This document shows, piece after piece, positions 1 through 9,465 of a DNA stretch of 64,000 bases; position 1 is the stretch's first letter; each line of letters starts with the position of its first letter. The DNA comes from an uncultured Chloroflexia bacterium. Its GTDB lineage: Bacteria > Chloroflexota > Limnocylindria > Limnocylindrales > CSP1-4. The notes under the pieces are model-generated. The model was not told where the DNA came from. It did no database searches and saw only the letters and a list, made by a program, of their open reading frames with translations. The position numbers were made by a program, and so were the translations under genes. The stretch is taken from NCBI GenBank assembly GCA_963778025.1, contig CAVZTA010000011.1, positions 80,452 through 144,451 on the forward strand, given 5' to 3'.

Positions 1-183
1 ACACCGCGGCCGGTCGCCCTCGTCGGTCTCGGTGCGCGTCGGGTGCTTCGTCTCGGCGATGCTGTCGCCGATCCCGCTCCTGATCGGCTTGGGCATCATG
101 CTCGATCGGCTGGATCTGGCTGGGGATGGACGCGATCCGGCGCGATCGGGTGGTCCTCGCCCCGTCGTCCTGAGACGCGATCG

Positions 184-723
184 ATGACCCGTGGGGTGCG
201 GCTCTCGCCGTTCGCTCGCGGCGCGTGGATCGCCGCGGGCTCGATGTGGGCCCTCCGCTCAGCGATGGTCTTCGCTCACCCGACGTACACGGACCCGGTG
301 ACGCCGTTCGACTGGTTCGCGGTGTGGGGGTTCAGCCTGGCATTCCTCTTGTCAGCCCTGGCGATCGCGGCCTCGCCAGCGTTGACCCCGACACGCGCCA
401 GCCGACTCACCGCGCTGGTCGTCGCGGGCGCGGCCGTGGTCGCCGGGATCGCGAACGCGCTCGAGGACGGCTTCGGCGTCGAGGCGATGTTCGCCGTGTT
501 CGCGGTCAGTGCCCTCGTCGCCTTGTATGGACCATTCGTCGTCGCCGTGACGCTCGCGATCGGAACGCACGCCCGGCTCGCAGGCTGGTGGGCGGGCGTC
601 GGGCTCGGCTTCTTCACGTTCCCGATCGGCGGCAGCGTCATCGTGCTCGCGATGGCGCTCGTGCTGGCCGTGCGCGGCGACTGGCTCCTTGCGAGGCCTG
701 CCGCGCGCGACGTCCTCGCCTAG
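184..723 (+). CDS. hypothetical integral membrane protein
   Basis: ORF 43..723. From ATG 184 (MTRGVRLSPF...) the product is a string of hydrophobic helices (FSLAFLLSALAIAA, LTALVVAGAAVVAGIA, FAVFAVSALVALYGPFVVAV, FPIGGSVIVLAMALVLAV). No family recognised; start uncertain. Confidence 0.45.
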   Translation: MTRGVRLSPFARGAWIAAGSMWALRSAMVFAHPTYTDPVTPFDWFAVWGFSLAFLLSALAIAASPALTPTRASRLTALVVAGAAVVAGIANALEDGFGVEAMFAVFAVSALVALYGPFVVAVTLAIGTHARLAGWWAGVGLGFFTFPIGGSVIVLAMALVLAVRGDWLLARPAARDVLA

Positions 724-833
724 GGGAACCCGCGCTTCGGACACCTCCCGACACAGCGCCATGAAGCGGTCGGTGAGACGATGCGACCGACCGCCGGCCC
801 GTCGCCCCGGTCCAGAGACTGGAGGGGCGCGCG

Positions 834-2190
834 ATGTCGTCTTTGGAGCGCCCGGAGCTGCTCGATGAGGTCCAGGCGCTCATCCGCGAGCGCGAGCAAC
901 AGGGCATCCGCGGCCTCGCCGACAAGCTGGGTCCCGCGGACTGGGCCCAGATCGTCCCGCGCCTCGACGCGGACGAGGTCTCCATCCTCCTCGAGGGATT
1001 GCCCGACGAGGAGCTACCGGAACTGCTCGAGGAGCTCTCGCCCGAGGAAGCGGCTGCCCTGCTGCGCACGCTGACCCGGCCGCAGGCGGCGGTCCTGCTG
1101 GAGCGGATGGACCCGGACGACGCGGCGGACGTGGTCGAGGAGCTGCCCGACGCCGAGGCCGAGGAGATCCTCGTGCGGATGCGTCCCGAAGAGGCGCAGG
1201 AGCTCCGCGAGCTTGCCGCGTACCCGCCCGACTCAGCGGGCGGCACGATGACCCCGGCGTTCGTGGCGGTCCCCGCGACCGCCACCGCGCGCGAGGCGAT
1301 CGCCGCCATCCAGCGACTCGTCGACACCGCCGAGACCGTGAACTACGTCTACGTCGTCGACGCCGACCGCCACCTGCTCGGCGTGCTGTCCCTGTACCGC
1401 CTGCTGCTCAGCGCGCCGACCACGCGGGTCCACGAGCTGATGGCGCCCACGACGATCCGGGTCCGCGCCGACCGCCGACCGCGAGGACGCCGCCCGCCTC
1501 CTCACCGACCACAACCTGCTCGCCGTGCCGGTCGTGGACGACGCGGAGCGGCTCATCGGGATCATCACCGAGGACGACGTCGCCGACGTCCTCGAGGAAG
1601 AGGTCACCGAGGACATCGAGCGCCTCGGCGGATCGCAGCCCCTCGAGCGGCCGTACCGGCTGTCGAGCGTGCCGCTCCTCGTGCGCAAGCGGATCGGCTG
1701 GCTGCTCCTGCTGTTCGTCGCGGAGGCGTACACCGGCACCGTCCTCCGGACGTTCCAGGACGAGCTCGAGGCGGCCGTCGCCTTGAGCTTCTTCATCCCG
1801 CTGCTCATCGGGACCGGCGGCAACATCGGCAGCCAGACGGTGACGCTCATCGTCCGTGCGATGGCCATCGGCGAGGTCGGGTTGCGCGACGTCCTGTGGG
1901 TCATCTGGAAAGAGCTGCGGGTCGGGCTGATCCTGGGCGCGGTGATGGCCGTGGTGGCCTACGGCCGCGCGTGGCTGCTGGGCGTCGACTCCCGGGTCGG
2001 GATGACCGTCGCCATCACGATCCTCGCGATCTGCCTGTGGTCGGCGACGGTCGCGGCCGCGCTGCCGCTGGTGCTTCGTCGGCTGCGCATCGACCCCGCG
2101 GTCGTGTCCGCCCCGCTGATCACGACGCTCGTCGACGGGACCGGCCTGATCATCTACTTCCAGATCGCGAAGCTCGTCCTCCGCGTCTGA
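834..2190 (+). pseudogene. mgtE: Mg2+ transporter MgtE, interrupted by one +1 frame switch (~1473)
   Basis: MgtE N-domain and first CBS lie in the frame of ORF 834..2207 (PEEAAALLRTL, VYVVDADRHLLGVLSLYRLL). Second CBS plus channel domain lie in ORF 1525..2190 (PVVDDAERLIGIITEDDV, FIPLLIGTGGNIGSQT, APLITTLVDGTGLIIYF). The switch sits in an exact 7-bp tandem duplication GCCGACC GCCGACC (1467-1480). Confidence 0.85.
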
Positions 2191-2203
2191 GCCCGGTCTC
2201 GGA

Positions 2204-3205
2204 CTAGAGCAACCCGCGCCTCCGGAAGAAGTAGAGGACGCCGCCCAGCGTCCCGACCATGACGGCCAGGATCAGCCAGAACTCGATCGCGCTGCCCGGC
2301 TGGCCCGGCAGCGGGACGTTCATCCCGAAGACACTGGCCAGGAGCGTGAGCGGCAGCAGCGCCACGCTGAACGCGGTGAGGACCCGGAGGCTCGCGTTCA
2401 GCTGGTGAGACAGGACGGACTCGTTCGAGTCCTCGAGCCCTTCGACGACCTCCTTGTAATTCTCAAGCAGGTCCCAGATGCGCTCCGCGGCGTCGGTGAT
2501 GTCGTCGAAGTAGATGTCCAGCTCTTCGTTGAGATACCGCTGCTTCGTCCGCTCGAGGTCGCGCAGCACCGCGCGCATCGGCCGCACGATCCGCCGGAAG
2601 TTGATGATCTCCTGCTTCGCGTTCGAGATGTCCCGGACGATCTCGGCGGAGCGGCCTTCGAAGATGTCGTCCTCGAGCCGGTCGAGCTTCTCGCCCATCC
2701 GCCGAAGCTGCGGGAACGACGCGTCGACCGCGGTGTCGACGATCTTGTAGAGCAGGTAGCCCGGGCCCTTCGAGAACACCGACTCCCGGAGCTCGTCATT
2801 GAGCCGGTAGCGCTCGAACATCGCCGCGATGGGCGGCAGCGGGCCGTCGGGCAGCGTGATGACGAAGTCGGGCCCGACGAACACATCGAGCTCGACCGTC
2901 AGCAGCCGGCCGGCGACCTTGTCGAAGACGCCGAAGTGCAGGACGAGGAACAGGTAGTCGTCGTACGCATCCAGCTTGGGACGCTGGTTGCGGGACGCGA
3001 CGTCCTCGATGGCCAGGGGATGGAAGCCGAACTCCCGCTCCAGCCACTCCCGGTCCGCCTCGCGCGGACGCTCGAGGTCGAGCCACCGGATCCCGGACGA
3101 ATCGATGATGTCCGGGGTCGTGGGATCAGCGCTGGCAGCTCCCGTCCCGGAGCGCGCCGAACCCGCCCGCAGCGGCCGCAGCCGGGGACGGAGCAACGTC
3201 GGCAC
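2204..3205 (-). CDS. corA: CorA-family Mg2+/Co2+ transporter
   Basis: ORF 2204..3250. GMN signature (SVFGMNVP), two C-terminal TM helices, CorA cytoplasmic domain. Start placed at GTG 3205 behind GGAG; ORF is open to 3250. Confidence 0.85.
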   Translation of the reverse strand: MPTLLRPRLRPLRAGSARSGTGAASADPTTPDIIDSSGIRWLDLERPREADREWLEREFGFHPLAIEDVASRNQRPKLDAYDDYLFLVLHFGVFDKVAGRLLTVELDVFVGPDFVITLPDGPLPPIAAMFERYRLNDELRESVFSKGPGYLLYKIVDTAVDASFPQLRRMGEKLDRLEDDIFEGRSAEIVRDISNAKQEIINFRRIVRPMRAVLRDLERTKQRYLNEELDIYFDDITDAAERIWDLLENYKEVVEGLEDSNESVLSHQLNASLRVLTAFSVALLPLTLLASVFGMNVPLPGQPGSAIEFWLILAVMVGTLGGVLYFFRRRGLL

Positions 3206-3386
3206 TTGGGGGGACTCCGGTGCGCATCGGCGGCATCGTACTCCACGCACTCGGCGCCGGACCTCCCACGGATGGCGTATCTACCCCAGGACCAGGGCGC
3301 TCCGGCGAACCCGGCGAACCCGGCGGAGGCGGTACGGCGTACCGTGTGCGAAGGCGTGCGGAACGGGACAGCCATCGGAGGTCGCC

Positions 3387-4251
3387 GTGCTGGGTCGGCT
3401 GCTCACGCGTCTCATGGATGCCCAATCGGGGTGGGCGCGGCCGTTCGGCGACTTCAACCACCGCTGGCTGTCGGCGCTGTTCCGGCCGATGCGCCCCGTC
3501 CAGGACCTGCTTCACGGGACGTGGCTGGGCCATCCGCTCCACGCCGCGGTCACGGATATCCCGATCGGCGTCCTGACCGCCTCGCTGCTGCTCGACATCC
3601 TGGGCCAGCCCACGGCGGCGGACATCGCGCTGGTCCTGGGCATCCTGGCGATGCTCGCCGCGGCCGCGACCGGGCTGGCCGACTACACCGACACCGACGG
3701 CTCGGCGCGGGTCCGAGCGACGGTCCATGGCTCCGGTGATGGTCGTCGCGCTCGTCGTGTACGTCGTGTCGATGCTGCTGCGCTGGGGCGGCTCCCACGG
3801 CGCAGCGCCCATCGCGCTCTCCGTCGTGGGGTATCTGCTCCTCACGCTCGGCGCGTTCGTCGGCGGCGACGTGGTCTATGCCCTGGGCAACATGGTCTCG
3901 CGGCACGCATTCCGTGGCGCCGGGACGAAGTGGATCCGCCTCGAGGTCGACGGCGGCGTCGAGCCGGATGCTCTGCCCGAGGCGACCCCGACGAAGGCGA
4001 AGCTGGGCATCAACACCCTGGTGCTGGTCCGGGTCGGTTCGACGATCCACGCCCTGCACGACACGTGCGCCCATGCGGGTGGCCCGCTGTCCGGTGGCAC
4101 CGTGGTCGACGGGTGCATCGAGTGCCCGTGGCACGGGTCACGGTTCCGCCTCGACGACGGCCACCTGCGGCGAGGGCCGACGGTGTACGACCAGCCGGTG
4201 TACGAGGTGCGCCGCGGCGAGGCGGGCTGGGAGGCGCGTCGGGCCGGTTGA
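3387..4251 (+). pseudogene. DUF2231-like membrane domain fused to a Rieske 2Fe-2S domain, one +1 frame switch (~3730)
   Basis: GTG 3387 preceded by GGAG. The TM region (LHGTWLGHPLHAAVTDIPIGVL...) is in the frame of ORF 2976..4820, which has no nearby stop. The protein continues in ORF 3727..4251 (VMVVALVVYVVSMLLRW...) and ends with Rieske motifs CAHAGGPL and CPWHGSRF. Confidence 0.7.
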
Positions 4252-4341
4252 TCGTGCGGCGACCGCACCAGACCCCACCGGACCACCCCGGACCATCGTC
4301 CTCTTGCGCGCGGCGCCGTTCGCACCGCATCGTGCGCGCCG

Positions 4342-5982
4342 ATGTCGGGACCCGTCACCCCCGGCGCAGGGCGCCTCTTCCTCCTGTCCTCGATCATCCC
4401 CGGGCTCGGCCACGCCGCCGCCGGACGGCGGCGATGGGCGGCGCTGTTCGCGGGGCCGATCGCGCTCGCGCTGCTCGTCGGCATCGCGGTCGCGCTGACG
4501 ACCCCGTCCACCGTCCTCGCGGCCCGCCTGTTCGACCCCGCGGTCCTCGGCGGCCTGCTCGCGCTCCAGGCCGTGGTCCTCGGCTGGCGGCTCATCGCGG
4601 TCCTCGCCGTGGGGCGTGTCGCCGCGCTGACCACCACACCCACGACCGTGGTCGCGGTCATCCTCGCGTTCGCGATCGTCATCATCCCGCAGGGCTACGT
4701 CGGCTATCTCACGCTCGTCGCGCACGATGCGGCGACCGCGGTGTTCGAGCCGGCCGAGGCGGACGACGGCGAGGCGTGGGTCCCGCCGCCCGACGCGACG
4801 CCGCCGCCCGTGGCCGCTGACGACGACGACTTCGACCTGCTGCCGCGGAGCGTCGCGCCGCTGGTCACGCCGCCGCCGCCATCGACGTCGGCGGCCGCGC
4901 CGACCGTGCCGCGCGTCAACGTGCTCCTCATCGGCGTGGACTCCGGCGTCGGCCGCAACACCGCGCTCACCGACACGATGATCGTCGCGTCGCTCGACCC
5001 GGTCGGCAGGACCGTCTCACTGGTGTCGATCCCGCGCGACCTCGTCGACGTGCCACTGCCCGACGGGCGCCTGTTCAAGCCGAAGCTCAACGGCCTCGCC
5101 TCGTACGTGCGCTGGCACCCCGGCAAGTTCCCGGGCGCGAAGAGCGGCCAGTCGGTGCTCGCGGCGGCCATCGGCCAGCTGCTGGGCATCCGGATCTCGA
5201 GCTGGGCGCAGGTCGACCTCGGGGGGTTCGTCCGGCTGGTCGACTCGGTGGGCGGCATCGACATCACCGTGCGCAAGGGGTTCTGCGACCCGCGCTACGA
5301 CGAGTACGGCATCGATGGCTTCGGGATCTCTCCCGGCCGGTACCACATGAACGGCTTCCAGGCGCTCGCGTATGCGCGCGTGCGCAAGGCGGCGGGCGAG
5401 TCGGACTTCACGCGGGCCGCTCGTCAGCAGGAGGTCGCCGCGGCCCTCAAGGATCGCGTCGTCCGCGGTGGGCTCCTCGATGACCCGGCGGAGTTCTTCG
5501 CCTCGGTCGGGCAGACCGTGAAGACGAACGTGAAGCCCTCGCTCATCGCCGACTACATCGGCCTCGCGACCGAGATCGACCGGAAGGACGTGTACCGCGC
5601 GGTGATCACCTACCCGCTGATCCGCAGCGGATCGGATGTGCGCGGCTCGATCCTGCTGCCCGACCGGAACGCGATCCGCAGGTTCGCCGATCGGATCTTC
5701 ACCGATCCGGGCAAGCGCCCGAAGGGCTTCGACACGCTGCCCGCGGAGTCCGGCGGACCGAAGAAGCAGGTGTCCTCGTCATCCTCGTGTGGTGTCCAGG
5801 CGACGCCGCGCCCGACCGCGAAGCCGACGCCGAGGCCGACGAAGAAGCCGACCCCCAAGCCGACCGCCGGCGCGACGGCCACGCCGGCGCCGACCCCGGA
5901 GATCACGCCGGAGCCAACGCCCGCGACGACGCCGGAGCCCACGCCCACGCCCGCACCCACGCCGGAGCCGTCGCCGTCCTGA
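4342..5982 (+). CDS. LCP (LytR-CpsA-Psr) family cell-envelope phosphotransferase with Pro/Thr-rich tail
   Basis: N-terminal TM helices. LCP core (VNVLLIGVDSG, TDTMIVASLDP, SIPRDL, GGFVRLVDSVGGIDI, YARVRK). C-terminal PT(K)-rich low-complexity region encoded at ~5800-5980. Confidence 0.8.
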   Translation: MSGPVTPGAGRLFLLSSIIPGLGHAAAGRRRWAALFAGPIALALLVGIAVALTTPSTVLAARLFDPAVLGGLLALQAVVLGWRLIAVLAVGRVAALTTTPTTVVAVILAFAIVIIPQGYVGYLTLVAHDAATAVFEPAEADDGEAWVPPPDATPPPVAADDDDFDLLPRSVAPLVTPPPPSTSAAAPTVPRVNVLLIGVDSGVGRNTALTDTMIVASLDPVGRTVSLVSIPRDLVDVPLPDGRLFKPKLNGLASYVRWHPGKFPGAKSGQSVLAAAIGQLLGIRISSWAQVDLGGFVRLVDSVGGIDITVRKGFCDPRYDEYGIDGFGISPGRYHMNGFQALAYARVRKAAGESDFTRAARQQEVAAALKDRVVRGGLLDDPAEFFASVGQTVKTNVKPSLIADYIGLATEIDRKDVYRAVITYPLIRSGSDVRGSILLPDRNAIRRFADRIFTDPGKRPKGFDTLPAESGGPKKQVSSSSSCGVQATPRPTAKPTPRPTKKPTPKPTAGATATPAPTPEITPEPTPATTPEPTPTPAPTPEPSPS

Positions 5983-6007
5983 TCGCGGACCCTTCGCTCG
6001 GCCGGGG

Positions 6008-7426
6008 CTAGGTCCTGACCGACGCGAATGCGGCAAGCGCACGCTCACGCGCGGCGGCGTGGTCGACGATCGGGGCGGGATAGTCGATGCCGATGCGGCA
6101 GTGCGTCTGTGCCTGGAGCTCGGGCGACATCGTCCACGGCTCGTGGATATGCGTCGTCGGCACCTCGTGGAGCTCCGGGAGCCAGGCGCGGACGAAGGTG
6201 CCGTCCGGGTCGGCGCGGCGCGCCTGGAGCACCGGGTTGAAGATCCGGAAGTACGGCTGCGGATCGGTGCCGGTCGAGGCGGTCCACTGCCAGCCGCCAT
6301 CGTTCGAGGCGACGTCGCCGTCGACCAGGTGCTCCATGAAGTGCCGTTCGCCGATGCGCCAGTCGACGAGCAGGTCCTTGCTGAGGAACGAGGCCACGAC
6401 CATCCGGGCGCGGTTCGGCATGAACCCCGTGGCGCGGAGCTGCCGCATCGCCGCATCCACGATCGGGTAGCCGGTCCGGCCGTCTTTCCAGGCCTCGACC
6501 GCCTGCTCGTCGTCACGCCAGGGCAGGCGCTCGAACTCGCGGCGGAAGGGACGCTCGAGGACGTCCGGGTGGTGCCACAGGACGTGCGCGTAGAAGTCGC
6601 GCCAGACCAGCTCCTGGGTGAAGATCCGTCGGCCCTCGCCGGCGCCGCTCGCGCGTTCCACGACCTCCAGGGGCGAGAGCAGGCCCCAGCGGAGGTCCTG
6701 CGAGAGACGGGACGTCGACCCGTCGATGAGCTGGTCTCGGGTCTGCGCGTAGTCCGCGATGCCGTCGTCGAGCCATCGCTGCAGGCGTCGCCGGGCGGCG
6801 GGCTCGCCGGGTTCGAGGAGGTAGCGGCGGTCGGCGGTCGGACCGTCGACGCCGAGATCCTCGAGGGTCGGGAGGTCGGTCGTGGAGTGCTCGGCCGCGA
6901 GGCGGTCCGGCGTCGGGATGCGGGTCGGGGCGTCGATGACGGGCCGGCGCGGGCGTGCCTGCCACGCGCGGCGGTACGGCGAGTAGACGGTGAACGGCGC
7001 GCCGTCCTGGGTGCACAGGTCGTCGGGCTCGTGGATGTACAGGCCGCGCTTCGCGTGGATGTCGACGTTCGCATCCGCGAGGGCCCGCCCGACGGCCTGG
7101 TCGCGGCGACGGCCGTACGGCGAGGCGTCGCGGGTCATGTAGACGGCGTCGGCGCGGAGCTCGTGGGCGAGCCGCGGGAGGACCTCGGCGGGCCGGCCCC
7201 GGGCGAACCGGAGACGACCGCCGCGCTCGCGGATCGACGCGGCGAGGCTCGCCAGCGATCCGTGCATGAACCAGAGGCGGTTCGGGGCGGGCCATCGGCC
7301 GCGCAGGAGCGCGTCATCGAACACGAACAGCGGGATGACCTCGTCGGCCTCGGCGATGGCGGCGGTGAGCGCCGGATGATCGTGGAGGCGGAGGTCGCGG
7401 CGGAACCAGACGATCGCTCGGGTCAT
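6008..7426 (-). CDS. deoxyribodipyrimidine photolyase / cryptochrome family protein
   Basis: ORF 6008..7432, start taken at ATG 7426 (MTRAIVWFRRDLRLHDHPAL). FAD-binding domain motifs present: WRDFY, TGYPIVDAAMRQLRATGFMPNRARM, GDVASNDGGWQW, PYFRIFNP. Confidence 0.85.
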   Translation of the reverse strand: MTRAIVWFRRDLRLHDHPALTAAIAEADEVIPLFVFDDALLRGRWPAPNRLWFMHGSLASLAASIRERGGRLRFARGRPAEVLPRLAHELRADAVYMTRDASPYGRRRDQAVGRALADANVDIHAKRGLYIHEPDDLCTQDGAPFTVYSPYRRAWQARPRRPVIDAPTRIPTPDRLAAEHSTTDLPTLEDLGVDGPTADRRYLLEPGEPAARRRLQRWLDDGIADYAQTRDQLIDGSTSRLSQDLRWGLLSPLEVVERASGAGEGRRIFTQELVWRDFYAHVLWHHPDVLERPFRREFERLPWRDDEQAVEAWKDGRTGYPIVDAAMRQLRATGFMPNRARMVVASFLSKDLLVDWRIGERHFMEHLVDGDVASNDGGWQWTASTGTDPQPYFRIFNPVLQARRADPDGTFVRAWLPELHEVPTTHIHEPWTMSPELQAQTHCRIGIDYPAPIVDHAAARERALAAFASVRT

Positions 7427-7479
7427 ACCCACCCTTCGGGCGCGGCGGAGTCACGGACGGGTCCGGCATCATCCGGGCG

Positions 7480-8049
7480 ATGCCTGCACCGCTCGTCGTC
7501 GAGGTCCCGGACCCGTCATTGATCGTGCTGGTCGGGGCGGCGGGGGCCGGCAAGTCCACCTTCGCCGAGCGCTGGTTCGAACCGGGCGAGATCCTGTCCT
7601 CGGACGCATTCCGCGCGCACATCGCCGGCGACGCGGCGAACCAGTCGGTCACGAAGACGGCCTTCGGGGTCCTCCACAAGGCGCTCGATCGGCGCCTCGC
7701 CCAAGCGCGGCTCACCGTGGTCGACGCGACCAACGTCGACGGCCAGGCACGCCGGGCACTCACGCGACGCGCACAGGCGGCCGGCGTGCCGGCGATCGCC
7801 ATCGTCCTCGCCCTGCCGTCGGGGATCGTCCTTGCGCGCAACGCGCTGCGGCCCGGCCGCATCGTGCCCCTCGACGTGGTCCGGGCTCAGCTCGACGTCC
7901 TGGAGCGAGGGCTGGCCCGCGACCGGTTCGCGAACGACGGGTTCACGCGGATCGAGCTGATCCTCGACGCGCCGACGCTGGACGGCCTGCGGATCGAGCG
8001 ACGCCCGTCGCCGCCCCGTGTCAGCTCGCCGGCACCTCCCCCGCCCTGA
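7480..8049 (+). CDS. P-loop kinase (AAA_33 / polynucleotide-kinase-like)
   Basis: Walker A GAAGAGKST, then SSDAFR...VVDATN pattern typical of the kinase domain of bacterial polynucleotide kinases. Substrate unknown. Confidence 0.6.
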   Translation: MPAPLVVEVPDPSLIVLVGAAGAGKSTFAERWFEPGEILSSDAFRAHIAGDAANQSVTKTAFGVLHKALDRRLAQARLTVVDATNVDGQARRALTRRAQAAGVPAIAIVLALPSGIVLARNALRPGRIVPLDVVRAQLDVLERGLARDRFANDGFTRIELILDAPTLDGLRIERRPSPPRVSSPAPPPP

Positions 8050-8082
8050 CGACGCCGACGGCGTTCAGCGGCACGGCGTGGG

Positions 8083-8541
8083 TCATGGCTGGCGATCCCG
8101 TTCGGCGTACTCGATGTGCTCGAACGGCCAGTCGCGGGCGAGCCACGCGGCGACGGCGTCGTGCAGCGGGCGGTCCAGGTGCGCGTGGCTCGCGCGGACC
8201 CACGAGCGGACACTGGTCACGTCCGGTCGGTCGGCATCCGGGTAGATGTAGACGCAGCCGATGACGTCGTCGCCGTCGGGCTCGAGCACCGTGAAGGTGA
8301 AGCCGGTGCGCGCCTCGAAGTCCGCGGCATGGCCCTCGAGGTCGCGGCGGTTCTCCTCGAGCGACATGTCGTGCGGCCACGATCGGCCGGCGAACCCCGG
8401 CGTGGCTCGGATGTGGTCCATGCTCGAGGTCCACGCCGCGAAGTCACGCTCGTTGTGCTCCGGGCCGAGCGGCTCGAGACGGAACGCCGGCGTTCGGAGC
8501 TCGCGCGGCACCGCGAAGGTCGGCGGGACGAACGTGGTCAC
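8083..8541 (-). CDS. GNAT-like acetyltransferase family protein
   Basis: ORF 8083..8541. GTG start overlaps the stop of the upstream (5'-flanking) DMT transporter gene (GTGA). Core FTFTVLEPDGDDVIGCVYIYP resembles the GNAT beta4-alpha3 region. Family call made from memory. Confidence 0.5.
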   Translation of the reverse strand: MTTFVPPTFAVPRELRTPAFRLEPLGPEHNERDFAAWTSSMDHIRATPGFAGRSWPHDMSLEENRRDLEGHAADFEARTGFTFTVLEPDGDDVIGCVYIYPDADRPDVTSVRSWVRASHAHLDRPLHDAVAAWLARDWPFEHIEYAERDRQP

Positions 8542-9465
8542 CCGGCGACACCCACGGCATCGGCCAGCTGCGGCCCGGCCGCGATGAGCACGATGGCGAC
8601 CAGCGCGAGCACGATGCCGACGGCATGCGTGGCGGTCACGCGCTCGCGGAGGACGGTGGCGGCGAGGATGATCGTCGTGACAGGGTAGAGCGACGACACC
8701 ACCGAGGCCACGGCGAGTGCGCCCAGCTGCGCCGCGACGATGAACCCGGCGTTGCCGACGAGGTCGAGCAATCCGACCGCGGCGACCGCGGGCACGAGCC
8801 GGACCGGGACACGGGCGGGGCGGCGAAGCGCGAGGACGACGAGCGCGACCAGCGTGAGCTCGACCGCCTTGATGATCGTGAGCTGGCCGTAGAACCCGGT
8901 CTCGGACAGCTGGCCCGCGAGGACGTTGAACGCGCCGAGCCCGATGCCGCCGAGGATCCCGAAGCGCAGGCCGCTGTCGCCGCTCCCCGCCTCATCCGTG
9001 ACGCGCGACACGAGGATGACCGCGACGAGCGCGCAGCCGATGCCGATCGCGACGGGCAGGCGCGGCAGGCCCTCCAGGACGATGCCGGCGAACACGGGGA
9101 TCGTCGCGGCGAGGACGCCCGTGACGGGCGCGACGACGCTCATCCGCCCGACGGCAAGGCCGTGATAGAGGCACAGGATCCCGAGCGCGGCCGCGGCACC
9201 GGCGCCCGCGGCCCAGGCGATGTCGGGCAGCACCGGCACGGGCTCGCCGAGCACGCGGGACAGCAACGCCGTGACCAACAGGGGTGCGGCGAGGCTGACC
9301 AGGACGACCCCGAAGACCGGGCGCACGCCGCGACATGAGCCCGCCGCCGAAGTCGGCGGTGCCCCACCCGAGCGCCGAGAGCAGCCCGAACGCGACGCTG
9401 CCGCCCGCCGGACCCAGCAGGTCAGCCGTGGACGCCTGCCTCGACCGGCGAAGCCCGTGCGTCAT
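8538..9465 (-). pseudogene. EamA/DMT-family transporter, one +1 frame switch (~9330)
   Basis: N-terminus (AFGLLSALGWGTADFGGGLMSRRAP) is in ORF 8992..9465. The remaining ~9 TM helices are in ORF 8538..9326 (PVFGVVLVSLAAPLL...SLYPVTTIILA). Confidence 0.75.

Noticed and set aside
724-833. Mg2+ (M-box) riboswitch upstream of mgtE, and likewise in 3206-3386 upstream of corA
   Set aside because: The spacers are only ~110 and ~180 nt, and I could not recognise the conserved M-box core. An Infernal scan would be needed.
5636-7522. 628-aa ORF on the plus strand (also 5779..7074 minus, 6513..7295 minus)
   Set aside because: It lies antisense to or out of frame with the photolyase gene. The translation is Arg/Pro/Gly/Ala-rich with no motifs. 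This is a typical shadow ORF of very GC-rich DNA.
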